Assembly: GCA_964494885.1 (NCBI GenBank)
Contig: CAZBTH010000005.1
Location: forward strand, 29,277-89,167
Source of the DNA: an uncultured Gammaproteobacteria bacterium
Lineage (GTDB): Bacteria; Patescibacteriota; Microgenomatia; UBA8517
Reading direction: 5' to 3'
DNA: 59,891 bases
Under the pieces are notes generated by a model, which had not been told where the DNA came from, did not search any database, and saw only the letters and a program-made list of their open reading frames with translations. This document shows positions 18,373-26,116 of the stretch, one piece after another; the first letter of the stretch is position 1, and every line of letters starts with the position of its first letter. Made by a program: the position numbers and the translations under genes.

Positions 18373-19479
18373 GTGACAAAACGAAAACTTATCACCATTG
18401 TTACCCCGGCCCACAACGAAGAAAAAAGTTTGGCAAAATTGGCAGACGAGGTGAAAGCTGTAATGCAAAAAATGGGTCGATTTAATTACGAATGTATTAT
18501 TGTCGACGACGGAAGTTCGGATGGTACATGGCCGGAAATATTAAGGATCGTAAAACACAATAAAAGAGTTAGGGGGTTGAGGCTAACAAGGAACTTTGGA
18601 CAACAAATAGCAATAACCGCCGGTATTGACGCAGCAAAAGGCGATGCTGTCATTTACCTAGATTCGGACTTGCAACATCCTCCAAGTTTATTTCCGAAAT
18701 TAATATCCAAGTGGTTGGAGGGTGCAAAAATTGTACACACAAAACGAGTGGAAACCAAAGATATTTCTTTCTTTAAAAACCTCATGTCTAAATTATTTTA
18801 CGCTTTTACAAATGCGCTTTCGGATACGCAAATAGAAGAAGGTATGGCGGATTTTAAATTATTAGATAAAGAAGTATACCGACGGCTTCAGACAATGAAA
18901 GAGAAGAACAGATTCCTAAGAGGGATGGTCTCTTGGATGGGATATCCCACTGCCGTAGTGGACTATGTAGCAAGAAAGAGAACTGCAGGAAAGGCATGGT
19001 ATAATTTCGGAAGAAATCTGGAATTTGCCAAAATCGGAATTTTGTCACTTTCAACTAAACCTTTAAAATATATTCTGTACTTCGGCTTTTTTCTTACCAC
19101 CTCTTCACTAATAAGTCTTGTTGGTATGATTTTAGTAATACTATATGAAAAAAATCTTAGGTATTTTTCCCCCACAATAGTGTTAGTTGTGTTTAATACA
19201 CTTCTAATCGGTTTTGTAATTGCAAGTATGGGAATCGTCGCCCTATATATAAGTTTTTTGCATAAAGAAATCATTAACAGACCGATTTACCTCATTTCCG
19301 AAAAGGTCAACTTCAAAAATAAGGTGAAGCCACCCAACACAAACGACTGGGTATCTTCTCCCACACTTCGTCGGGAGCGGAATCCCTCGCGCCGCCGGCA
19401 AAGCCTTTGGCGACGCACGGCCGAAGCGAAACATCTTCGCTCACACCCACGAGGTATTTCGCGAAGGGGGATAAAATAA
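18373..19479 (+). CDS. GT2 polyprenyl-phosphate sugar synthase (DPM1/GtrB/ArnC-like) with an atypical ~50-aa Arg-rich C-terminal extension
   Basis: VTPAHNEEKSL, IIVDDGSSDGT and YLDSDLQHPP, plus two C-terminal TM helices (YILYFGFFLTTSSLISLVGMILVIL and IVLVVFNTLLIGFVIASMGIVALYISFL). A canonical end would be near ...RPIYLISEKVNF. The tail is encoded by a GC-rich patch. Confidence 0.85.
   Translation: MTKRKLITIVTPAHNEEKSLAKLADEVKAVMQKMGRFNYECIIVDDGSSDGTWPEILRIVKHNKRVRGLRLTRNFGQQIAITAGIDAAKGDAVIYLDSDLQHPPSLFPKLISKWLEGAKIVHTKRVETKDISFFKNLMSKLFYAFTNALSDTQIEEGMADFKLLDKEVYRRLQTMKEKNRFLRGMVSWMGYPTAVVDYVARKRTAGKAWYNFGRNLEFAKIGILSLSTKPLKYILYFGFFLTTSSLISLVGMILVILYEKNLRYFSPTIVLVVFNTLLIGFVIASMGIVALYISFLHKEIINRPIYLISEKVNFKNKVKPPNTNDWVSSPTLRRERNPSRRRQSLWRRTAEAKHLRSHPRGISRRGIK
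19325..19470. other. GC-rich patch (about 60% G+C by hand count over 19341..19460) in an AT-rich background, open in several frames
   Basis: Three overlapping minus-strand ORFs plus the plus-strand tail of the GT2 gene are all open here. It contains small hairpins, e.g. agcgaa-acatc-ttcgct, and the palindrome ttcgcgaa. Confidence 0.6.
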
Positions 19480-19483
19480 TCCA

Positions 19484-20428
19484 ATGAAAAAAAATTTCTG
19501 GAAAAGTAAAATTGTTGTAGTAACCGGAGGAAGCGGCTTCCTGGGAACTCATCTTGTCAAAAAACTTTCAAACCTGAAGCCGGCAAAAATAATAATTCCA
19601 AACCATAAAAGAGTTGATTTAAGAGATTACCACACCTGCCTCAAAACATTTAAAAATGCTGACATTGTAATTCATCTTGCGGGAAATGTGGGTGGAATCG
19701 GATATAACCAAGGCAAACCCGCAGAACTTTTTGATGACAATATTTTAATGGGTGTAAATACAATGCGCGCGGCAAAGGCATGCAATGTAAAAAAGGTGGT
19801 TATAATTGGTACAATTTGCGCTTATCCTAAATTTACGCCCGTACCCTTTAAAGAAAAGGATCTTTGGAACGGATATCCGGAAGAAACAAATGCCCCGTAC
19901 GGTCTTGCCAAAAAAATGTTGTTGGTCCAATCTCAGGCATATAGAAAACAATATGGGTTTAATTCCATCTATATCTTACCCGTAAATATGTACGGGCCCG
20001 GAGATAATTTCGATCCCGCTTCTTCCCATGTAATTCCCGCTCTTATTAAAAAGTTTGCAGAGGCAAAAAGTAAGAAGTCCAAAAGGGTAGTAATTTGGGG
20101 TTCCGGGAAACCCACCCGAGAGTTTCTTTACGTTGAAGACGCCGCAGAAGGAATTTTAAATGCCTGCGAAAAATACAATAAGTCTGACCCCGTGAACTTA
20201 GGGTCGGGGTTTGAGATATCCATCAAAGAACTGGCAAGAACAATCTCAAAAATGATTGATTTTAAAGGCAGTATTATATTCGATAAATCAAAACCGGACG
20301 GGCAGCCAAGAAGAAGATTGTACGTTGGTAAAGCAATAAAAGAATTTGGATTTAAAGCTAGTGTCAACTTCAAAGCCGGCCTTAGAAACACAATAGATTG
20401 GTACCTATGCAATAAAGATGCTATTTAA
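19484..20428 (+). CDS. fcl: GDP-L-fucose synthase (GDP-4-keto-6-deoxymannose 3,5-epimerase/4-reductase)
   Basis: VVVTGGSGFLGTHLV, NAPYGLAKK (YxxxK), and NMYGPGDNFDPASSHVIPALIKKF, which is characteristic of Fcl/WcaG/GER1. Confidence 0.85.
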   Translation: MKKNFWKSKIVVVTGGSGFLGTHLVKKLSNLKPAKIIIPNHKRVDLRDYHTCLKTFKNADIVIHLAGNVGGIGYNQGKPAELFDDNILMGVNTMRAAKACNVKKVVIIGTICAYPKFTPVPFKEKDLWNGYPEETNAPYGLAKKMLLVQSQAYRKQYGFNSIYILPVNMYGPGDNFDPASSHVIPALIKKFAEAKSKKSKRVVIWGSGKPTREFLYVEDAAEGILNACEKYNKSDPVNLGSGFEISIKELARTISKMIDFKGSIIFDKSKPDGQPRRRLYVGKAIKEFGFKASVNFKAGLRNTIDWYLCNKDAI

Positions 20429-21094
20429 TTTATTTGCATATGCCTTACGATAAAAATTTGCTACCATAAATTTTTCCACCCCTGGTGTGTTTACTGTCTC
20501 AACAATTACTATTTTCGGTCTAAATTTGATCCAATCATTACTTTTCAAAACATCTAGATCATAACCTTCGGTGTCTATTGACATAAAGTCGATTGTTTTC
20601 ACTTCATATTTTCTAAATACTTTTGATAAACTGGTCATCCTAATTCTGGATATTGAATCAAGTGCGAAACCTTCTTCTTGATATTCTTCAGCTTTATGTT
20701 TTGAAAACGTAGAAAGTGTTGACGGAAACATTTTATAGAAATTGAAACTTTTTTCTTTTGTTCCTATACCAACATTCAAATTAACATCTCTTTTTCGTGC
20801 TTTATAAAATTTATAAATATTGTCGGGATTCGGTTCTATGTTTACACCTTTCCAACCTTTAAGATAAAACCTCTTGGTATTGCTGAATCTTTCCGGATCA
20901 TAGGCTCCGACATCGACATAAAAACCGCTCTTCTTGCCTTTAAGCAATTTGTCTATAATAACATCCTCCCCGTTTTGACTGAAAGAGTTATTTAGGACTT
21001 GCCACCACAAATACCGAAACAGCTCATAGATCCCGAAATAAATAAACTGGATTGGACCATATAGTTTATATTTTGCAAAAAGAGAGTGTTTCAC
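20405..21094 (-). CDS. FkbM-family methyltransferase
   Basis: GFYVDVGAYDPERFSNT and FMSIDTEGYDLDVLKS. The 3' end overlaps the convergent fcl by 24 nt. Confidence 0.85.
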   Translation of the reverse strand: MKHSLFAKYKLYGPIQFIYFGIYELFRYLWWQVLNNSFSQNGEDVIIDKLLKGKKSGFYVDVGAYDPERFSNTKRFYLKGWKGVNIEPNPDNIYKFYKARKRDVNLNVGIGTKEKSFNFYKMFPSTLSTFSKHKAEEYQEEGFALDSISRIRMTSLSKVFRKYEVKTIDFMSIDTEGYDLDVLKSNDWIKFRPKIVIVETVNTPGVEKFMVANFYRKAYANKLNSIFIA

Positions 21095-21101
21095 TTATGA
21101 A

Positions 21102-22199
21102 TTAGAGAGTCGTGTCAAAACTTTCATCTAAAATCTTTTTCATATCATATTTTTTTGCCAAAAGACACGCATTTTTTCTACATTCCAACCAATAATTTTT
21201 ATCACTCAGCATTTTATCCATTGCCCTCTCGAGATCCTTAGTACCTGGTTTAATTACCAACCCTGCTTTGTATCTTTCTACATCGTCCGCAGTACCGACC
21301 ACGTCGGTAATAATAACAGGTGTGCCGCACGCCAAATATTCTCTCGCTTTTTTTGAATCTCCATAATAAACCCAACTATAATCTTTCGAAAAAGTATAAA
21401 TAGCCAGCGCAGCCGCCGACTTTGATACTTCCCTTAATAAATCTTTATTGGAAAGCTGGCCCAAAAAAATTATATTTTTAGATAATTCCACCTTCTTAGT
21501 TTTTTCTTTCAGTTTTTCCTGGTACGGCCCAGTCCCAATTATTGAAAGTCTTGCCTTAGGAAATTTAGTCACAACATTTTTAAAAGCTTTTAGAACAAGA
21601 TTAAGCACTGGACCATGAGTAAGTCCGGCAACCATAACTATATTATTTCTGTTTACTTTTCCGACAGGCAATCTGGGACAATTTTCAAAAACCGGTGAAT
21701 TTGGAACAAATTTTATTTTTGCATCAGGTATACCTTGTTTATTCCGAACGTCTATGATTCTCGATGAAACATTCCAGACTTCATCGGAATTTTTTGATAC
21801 AAACCTGTCAATACCGAGATAGATATTATTTAAAATCTTGTTTTTAAACCTTGTTGGTGTATAGTCAACGCAATAAAAAATAGTCTTTTTCACTAGACCA
21901 ATTTTCTTTAAAATCACTCCGGCAAACGCATTCAAGGGATCAATTCCTATAAAAATTTTCGGTATATAAACAGCTGCTGTCATTACTGTTTTAACCGTTT
22001 CAAAAACAGATTTTATAATAAGCGGTGTACGGGAGACTAACGGATACTCGATCGTTTGAAACGACCTTTTGTTTGTGTTTAGAAAATCTTTAATTACATT
22101 AAAAGGTCCGTATACAGGCCCTGATTCAGTGTGGTAAACGTGGCTTACAAGAAGAATTCTACCCCTTTGAAAGTTCTTACTGCTTTTCATACCATTCAA
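21102..22199 (-). CDS. Glycosyltransferase, GT-B fold (GT4-like); paralog of 10702..11946 and 14477..15610
   Basis: KTIFYCVDYTPTRF ... SDEVWNVSSRI. VAGLTHGPVLNLVLKAFKNVVTKFPKARLSIIGTG ... ACGTPVIIT. Confidence 0.85.
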   Translation of the reverse strand: MNGMKSSKNFQRGRILLVSHVYHTESGPVYGPFNVIKDFLNTNKRSFQTIEYPLVSRTPLIIKSVFETVKTVMTAAVYIPKIFIGIDPLNAFAGVILKKIGLVKKTIFYCVDYTPTRFKNKILNNIYLGIDRFVSKNSDEVWNVSSRIIDVRNKQGIPDAKIKFVPNSPVFENCPRLPVGKVNRNNIVMVAGLTHGPVLNLVLKAFKNVVTKFPKARLSIIGTGPYQEKLKEKTKKVELSKNIIFLGQLSNKDLLREVSKSAAALAIYTFSKDYSWVYYGDSKKAREYLACGTPVIITDVVGTADDVERYKAGLVIKPGTKDLERAMDKMLSDKNYWLECRKNACLLAKKYDMKKILDESFDTTL

Positions 22200-23052
22200 T
22201 TGTTTTTCTTAAACCCTTCTCAAATGAAGTTTTCGCCTCCCATTTGAGTTCTTTTTTCGCCAGGGATAAATCCTGGTTAATGTTGAAGACCTTACCCTCC
22301 TCCGTAGAGGTAAAGTCAACTTCGATGTCTCTCCTCATCACCTTTTTGAAAACTTCAAGCACTTCTAAAACCGAATACTTTTTAGCCGCCCCTAAGTTAA
22401 AAATTCCCGCTTTCCTTGCTCGTATTGCCGTAGAAAATGCTTCAACTATGTCACCGACATACAAATAATCTCTTTCTTGTTTACCATCACCATAAATAAT
22501 CACCTTGCCATTGTCTTTTATGTTTGAATAAAATGTGTATATTATCCCCTTAGAATTTCCAGGACCATAAACGTTAAAGGGGCGGAAAATGGTTGCAGGA
22601 TTGCCGGTTTTTGTAACCCAATATTGAACCTCCTTTTCAGCGAGGTATTTTGTCAATCCGTATTCGGTGTTCGGAAGACATTCATCGGTTTCCTTAAATT
22701 TGCTTTTTTTGTCTTTTCCATAAACAGCGACCGATGAAGTGAAGATGAATTGTTTTATTGGATGCTTTAACATTTCTATCACCAGATTGCGAGTAGCTAC
22801 AACATTATCTTTGATCAACTCCTCTTCCGGTGGCAAGTTTCTTCCCGCTAAATGAATAACCACCTCAACATCCTTTAAAAACTTCGCTATGCCTACCCCG
22901 CTAACTAAATTTCCATGTATCCACTTTATTTCCTTGGGTAGCGTAGGCTTTTCTTCTATTGCAAGAACACTAATTGAGTGGCCTTCACCTTGAAGTTTAT
23001 TAATAATATGCCTGCCCATAAACCCCGTTGCGCCGGTTATTCCAATTTTCAT
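22177..23052 (-). CDS. NAD-dependent nucleotide-sugar epimerase/reductase (extended SDR)
   Basis: IGITGATGFMGRHII and YGLTKYLAEK. The ATG at 23052 forms an ATGA overlap with the upstream stop. The track start at 23064 is TTG. Confidence 0.85.
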   Translation of the reverse strand: MKIGITGATGFMGRHIINKLQGEGHSISVLAIEEKPTLPKEIKWIHGNLVSGVGIAKFLKDVEVVIHLAGRNLPPEEELIKDNVVATRNLVIEMLKHPIKQFIFTSSVAVYGKDKKSKFKETDECLPNTEYGLTKYLAEKEVQYWVTKTGNPATIFRPFNVYGPGNSKGIIYTFYSNIKDNGKVIIYGDGKQERDYLYVGDIVEAFSTAIRARKAGIFNLGAAKKYSVLEVLEVFKKVMRRDIEVDFTSTEEGKVFNINQDLSLAKKELKWEAKTSFEKGLRKTIEWYEKQ

Positions 23053-24053
23053 TTTTTTATCCAACCTTCTTTCTCTAATAAAGAACGGAGTTCTTTTTTC
23101 CCGATTTGAGTCGTGGTGTCTGAAGCATATCGAAATTCTTTTTGTCTCCTTAAACCTGCATATTTTTTCTCTACCGCCGGGATAGAAATCTGGGGTAAAA
23201 TTACGTAGTAATCTCCAAATTCAACTGTTCTCACACTTTCTGCCGGACTAATCAGTGTTTCATGGATTTTTTCACCGGGGCGGATACCCATATTAATGAT
23301 GTTCTTAGAATTTTTACCGTTAGCCTCTAAAAGAACTTCAGCAAGATCCGCGATGGAATGGCCAGGCATTTTTCTTACAAAAACCTCACCTCCAACACCT
23401 TCCGTCATTGCTGTTAATACCAACTCAACGCTTTTTTGGAGAGTCAGAATGAAACGGGTCATCCCGGGGTCTGTAATAGTTAAGGGCTTACCCTCTAAAA
23501 TCAATTTCTTAAAATGTGGCACAACAGACCCTCTTGAGCCAAGAACATTCCCATATCTTGTAGAAACAAAAACAGTATTGCCCACATCGTAGAGATTTGC
23601 AGTTGTAATAAGCCGTTCCTGGAGTGCTTTGGCCATTCCATAAGCATTTATGGGCTCAACAGCCTTGTCAGTAGAAAGTGCGACAACTTTTTCTACTCCT
23701 TCATCTCTTGCCGCTTCAATTATGTTTTCGGCGCCAATAACGTTCGTCTTGACACCCTCCCAAACATTATATTCAACCTCTGTGATCCACTTTAGAGCAG
23801 CCGCATGAACGATGATATCCACGCCTCGCACGGCCTCACGAACACTCCTAAAGTCCCTAATATCGCCCAACACAAAACGGATACCCTGTTTATCCTTATA
23901 TTCCAACCTCATAACACCCTGCTTGTCTTCATCTCTACTGAATACGATTATTTCTTTGGGTTCATACTTCAGAATTTCACCGATGAACATGCGACCAAAA
24001 GATCCTGTACCACCCGTAACCAATATTCGTTTTCCCTTAAGAATTCTTGTCAT
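23049..24053 (-). CDS. UDP-sugar 4,6-dehydratase, PseB/FlaA1/CapD (Polysacc_synt_2) family
   Basis: ILVTGGTGSFGRMF, FSRDEDKQ, STDKAVEPINAYGMAKAL, and the hallmark TRYGNVLGSRGSVVPHF. Confidence 0.85.
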   Translation of the reverse strand: MTRILKGKRILVTGGTGSFGRMFIGEILKYEPKEIIVFSRDEDKQGVMRLEYKDKQGIRFVLGDIRDFRSVREAVRGVDIIVHAAALKWITEVEYNVWEGVKTNVIGAENIIEAARDEGVEKVVALSTDKAVEPINAYGMAKALQERLITTANLYDVGNTVFVSTRYGNVLGSRGSVVPHFKKLILEGKPLTITDPGMTRFILTLQKSVELVLTAMTEGVGGEVFVRKMPGHSIADLAEVLLEANGKNSKNIINMGIRPGEKIHETLISPAESVRTVEFGDYYVILPQISIPAVEKKYAGLRRQKEFRYASDTTTQIGKKELRSLLEKEGWIKK

Positions 24054-24067
24054 GTTTAGATGTCACG

Positions 24068-24076
24068 ATTATACCA
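24068..24076 (-). promoter_or_regulatory. Extended -10 (TGgTATAAT), 14 nt upstream of the 4,6-dehydratase ATG, located in the loop of a hairpin
   Basis: The minus strand reads TGGTATAAT-cgtgacatctaaac-ATG. The arms gtcacgatta / taatcgtcac (24062..24090) pair at 9 of 10 positions. Confidence 0.3.
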
Positions 24077-24142
24077 GAATTAATCGTCACTAGGAATGTA
24101 TTGATAACAATTTGAGTCTCTATGTAAAATCGTACAAATGGG

Positions 24143-25264
24143 CTATTTTGCAACGTACAAACTTTTTATTGCGGATGCCACACTAATCATCTGTTTATCG
24201 GTTAGGGCCAACCCAGAAGGAATATATAAACCATTTTTTTCAATATTTTCCGTATTAACAAATTTATCGTTGTTTTTCAGATATTTTTTCAAGACGGGTT
24301 GGTTGTTAGGCGAATAAAAGAAGTCCCTTGTCTCAATCCCTTTATTGCTAAGTTCCTCACGAAGCCTATTCTTACTCATTCCAAATTTTTCTTCGTCAAG
24401 TAAAATCCCATACATCCAGTAAACGTTTTTTACATAGCTTTTAGTTTGAGGCAATCTAATTCCTGGGACATCTTTAAGCAGGATATTGTATAAGGAGGCC
24501 ATATACTGCTTTTTAAGAAGATACTCGTCGATATGGGCTATTTCCCCGCACCCCAACGCGCCTTGTAGGTTGGTCATTCTATAATTAAAACCGACACCAT
24601 CATGAATAAACCGTTTGGCTGCCGAGTGGTGCAAATCTCTAAACATTCTTGCTTTTGTTGCTAAGATCTCGTTATTAGTTACCATCATTCCCCCTTCGCC
24701 GGTCGTGACTATCTTGTTGGCATAAAAACTAAATGCGTTTATTTCTCCGAAAGAACCACATTTTTTCCCCCTGTATTCCCCGCCGCAAGCTTCGGCTGCG
24801 TCTTCTAAAACCATAGTTTTATGTCTACCTGCAATTTTCATAATTTCAGACATCTCTGCCGCGTGCCCATAAATGTGAACCGGAATGATTACCTTTGTTC
24901 TTTTTGTAATTTTATTTTCGATTTGTTCAACATCAATATTAAAAGTATCAGGTTCACAATCGACAAAAACCGGTTTCGCTCCTGTATATAACACTGCAAG
25001 CCATGTTGCACCCATTGTAAAAGCGGGGACAATTACCTCATCTCCGGGGCCAACCCCTAATGATAATAATGCGACATGAAGTGCGGCCGTACCATTACAA
25101 ACGGCTATTCCGTATTTCATACCAATATAAGAAGCAAACTTTTCCTCTAGCTCCTTTACATAATTGCCTGATGAGGATATCCACCCACTATCAAGTGCCT
25201 TATTTACAAATATTTTTGAATCTTCAGACAAAACGGGTTCGTTAACTGGAATGTGGTTAAACAT
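24143..25264 (-). CDS. DegT/DnrJ/EryC1/StrS-family PLP-dependent sugar aminotransferase
   Basis: FSFYANKIVTTGEGGMMVTN (PLP lysine motif) and the N-terminal IPVNEP...ALDSGWISS pattern. Confidence 0.9.
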   Translation of the reverse strand: MFNHIPVNEPVLSEDSKIFVNKALDSGWISSSGNYVKELEEKFASYIGMKYGIAVCNGTAALHVALLSLGVGPGDEVIVPAFTMGATWLAVLYTGAKPVFVDCEPDTFNIDVEQIENKITKRTKVIIPVHIYGHAAEMSEIMKIAGRHKTMVLEDAAEACGGEYRGKKCGSFGEINAFSFYANKIVTTGEGGMMVTNNEILATKARMFRDLHHSAAKRFIHDGVGFNYRMTNLQGALGCGEIAHIDEYLLKKQYMASLYNILLKDVPGIRLPQTKSYVKNVYWMYGILLDEEKFGMSKNRLREELSNKGIETRDFFYSPNNQPVLKKYLKNNDKFVNTENIEKNGLYIPSGLALTDKQMISVASAIKSLYVAK

Positions 25265-25294
25265 TTGATAGTTCTATAATTTTGTTTTTTATGA

Positions 25295-25384
25295 CATCCT
25301 CCTCGCATTTTGAATGCGAGGTTTCCCTTAAGGGAGGATGACATATCGGCGTTCAATTCATCCTCGCAGCGAGCTGCGAGGTTT
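25295..25384. repeat. Two copies of a GC-rich hairpin element (TCCTCGCA-loop-TGCGAGGTTT) plus nested palindromes
   Basis: Hairpin 1: cctcgcat-tttga-atgcgagg (25301..25321), nested within catcctcc...ggaggatg (25295..25340), which also contains the palindrome cccttaaggg (25325..25334). Hairpin 2: cctcgcagc-ga-gctgcgagg (25362..25381). Both are followed by gttt. Confidence 0.7.
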
Positions 25385-26045
25385 TCTTGAATGCTGTTAT
25401 AAGATAGGGTATATCTTTTGGACTGCCAATTTCAACACCACGGGCTTTCAAAGAATCGAAAATCATATTCTCCACCATATGTCCGACTTCCATTTCAAGT
25501 TCCCAGTATTTTCTTCCACCTAATCTTTGTGCTAGATCGCTATCATCATTTAAATACTGCTTTCTTGTCGAGACTTCTTCGATGCGCCTATCAAAAGGAA
25601 CAATCTCAGACCCCATGGTTATATTATCTAGATAGAACTGGAGGAATTCTAATATTGAAACTTCTGCATATAAAACTTTTTCCAAAAAATCCGGACCGGT
25701 TGCAGTCATCAATCTTTCGTCGGGTTTGATTTCTTTGTAATAAAGCTCTATTTTTTCTCTATCAGCTGACGAAAAATCATCAGGAAAATTATCCAACCTT
25801 TTTTCCCAATCATGAATAATTGCAACCGACTCAAAGGCCCTTCGCTCCCCGTCTGTTAATCCAAGCAAGACTCCCAACACTTTTGCACCAAGTAGTTGGG
25901 TAACGCCGTGTTCTCTGACGTTTTTCCAACCTTCACGTTTAGTGAGTTTCCCTAAATAAAGGAGGTGAAATTCATCTTCGTAATCCAACAATTCTTTAAA
26001 CATAACCGTGACCTGCATTCTAATCATCGCAGACACAAAACGCAA
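25353..26045 (-). CDS. HD-domain protein (putative metal-dependent phosphohydrolase); start uncertain
   Basis: AIIHDWEK HD motif preceded by NVREHGVTQLLG. The track start is TTG 26045. In-frame ATGs lie at 26027, 26018 and 26003 (MFKELLDYEDEF...). Confidence 0.7.
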   Translation of the reverse strand: MRFVSAMIRMQVTVMFKELLDYEDEFHLLYLGKLTKREGWKNVREHGVTQLLGAKVLGVLLGLTDGERRAFESVAIIHDWEKRLDNFPDDFSSADREKIELYYKEIKPDERLMTATGPDFLEKVLYAEVSILEFLQFYLDNITMGSEIVPFDRRIEEVSTRKQYLNDDSDLAQRLGGRKYWELEMEVGHMVENMIFDSLKARGVEIGSPKDIPYLITAFKKTSQLAARMN

Positions 26046-26116
26046 GACCGCTGATAAAAGATAATTCTAAAAAACTTATGTATTAGAGTGGGCTAGAAGT
26101 AGCTCTACTATTCTGC

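Noticed and set aside
19243-19552. Three overlapping minus-strand ORFs (63-79 aa) in the GC-rich patch.
   Set aside because: They are open only because GC-rich sequence lacks stop codons. They overlap each other in different frames and have no start context or family resemblance. The patch itself is reported as a finding instead.
23049-25264. Calling the dehydratase and aminotransferase pseB/pseC of a complete pseudaminic acid pathway.
   Set aside because: No PseF/G/H/I-like genes are in the window, and the dehydratase deviates from the PseB consensus around the KQVP..EYNP region. Only the family-level call is supported.
25362-25390. The GC hairpin plus T-run as the intrinsic terminator of the HD-domain gene.
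   Set aside because: The T-run follows the stem only on the plus strand. The HD gene is on the minus strand and the hairpin lies inside its last codons. The orientation is wrong for that role.
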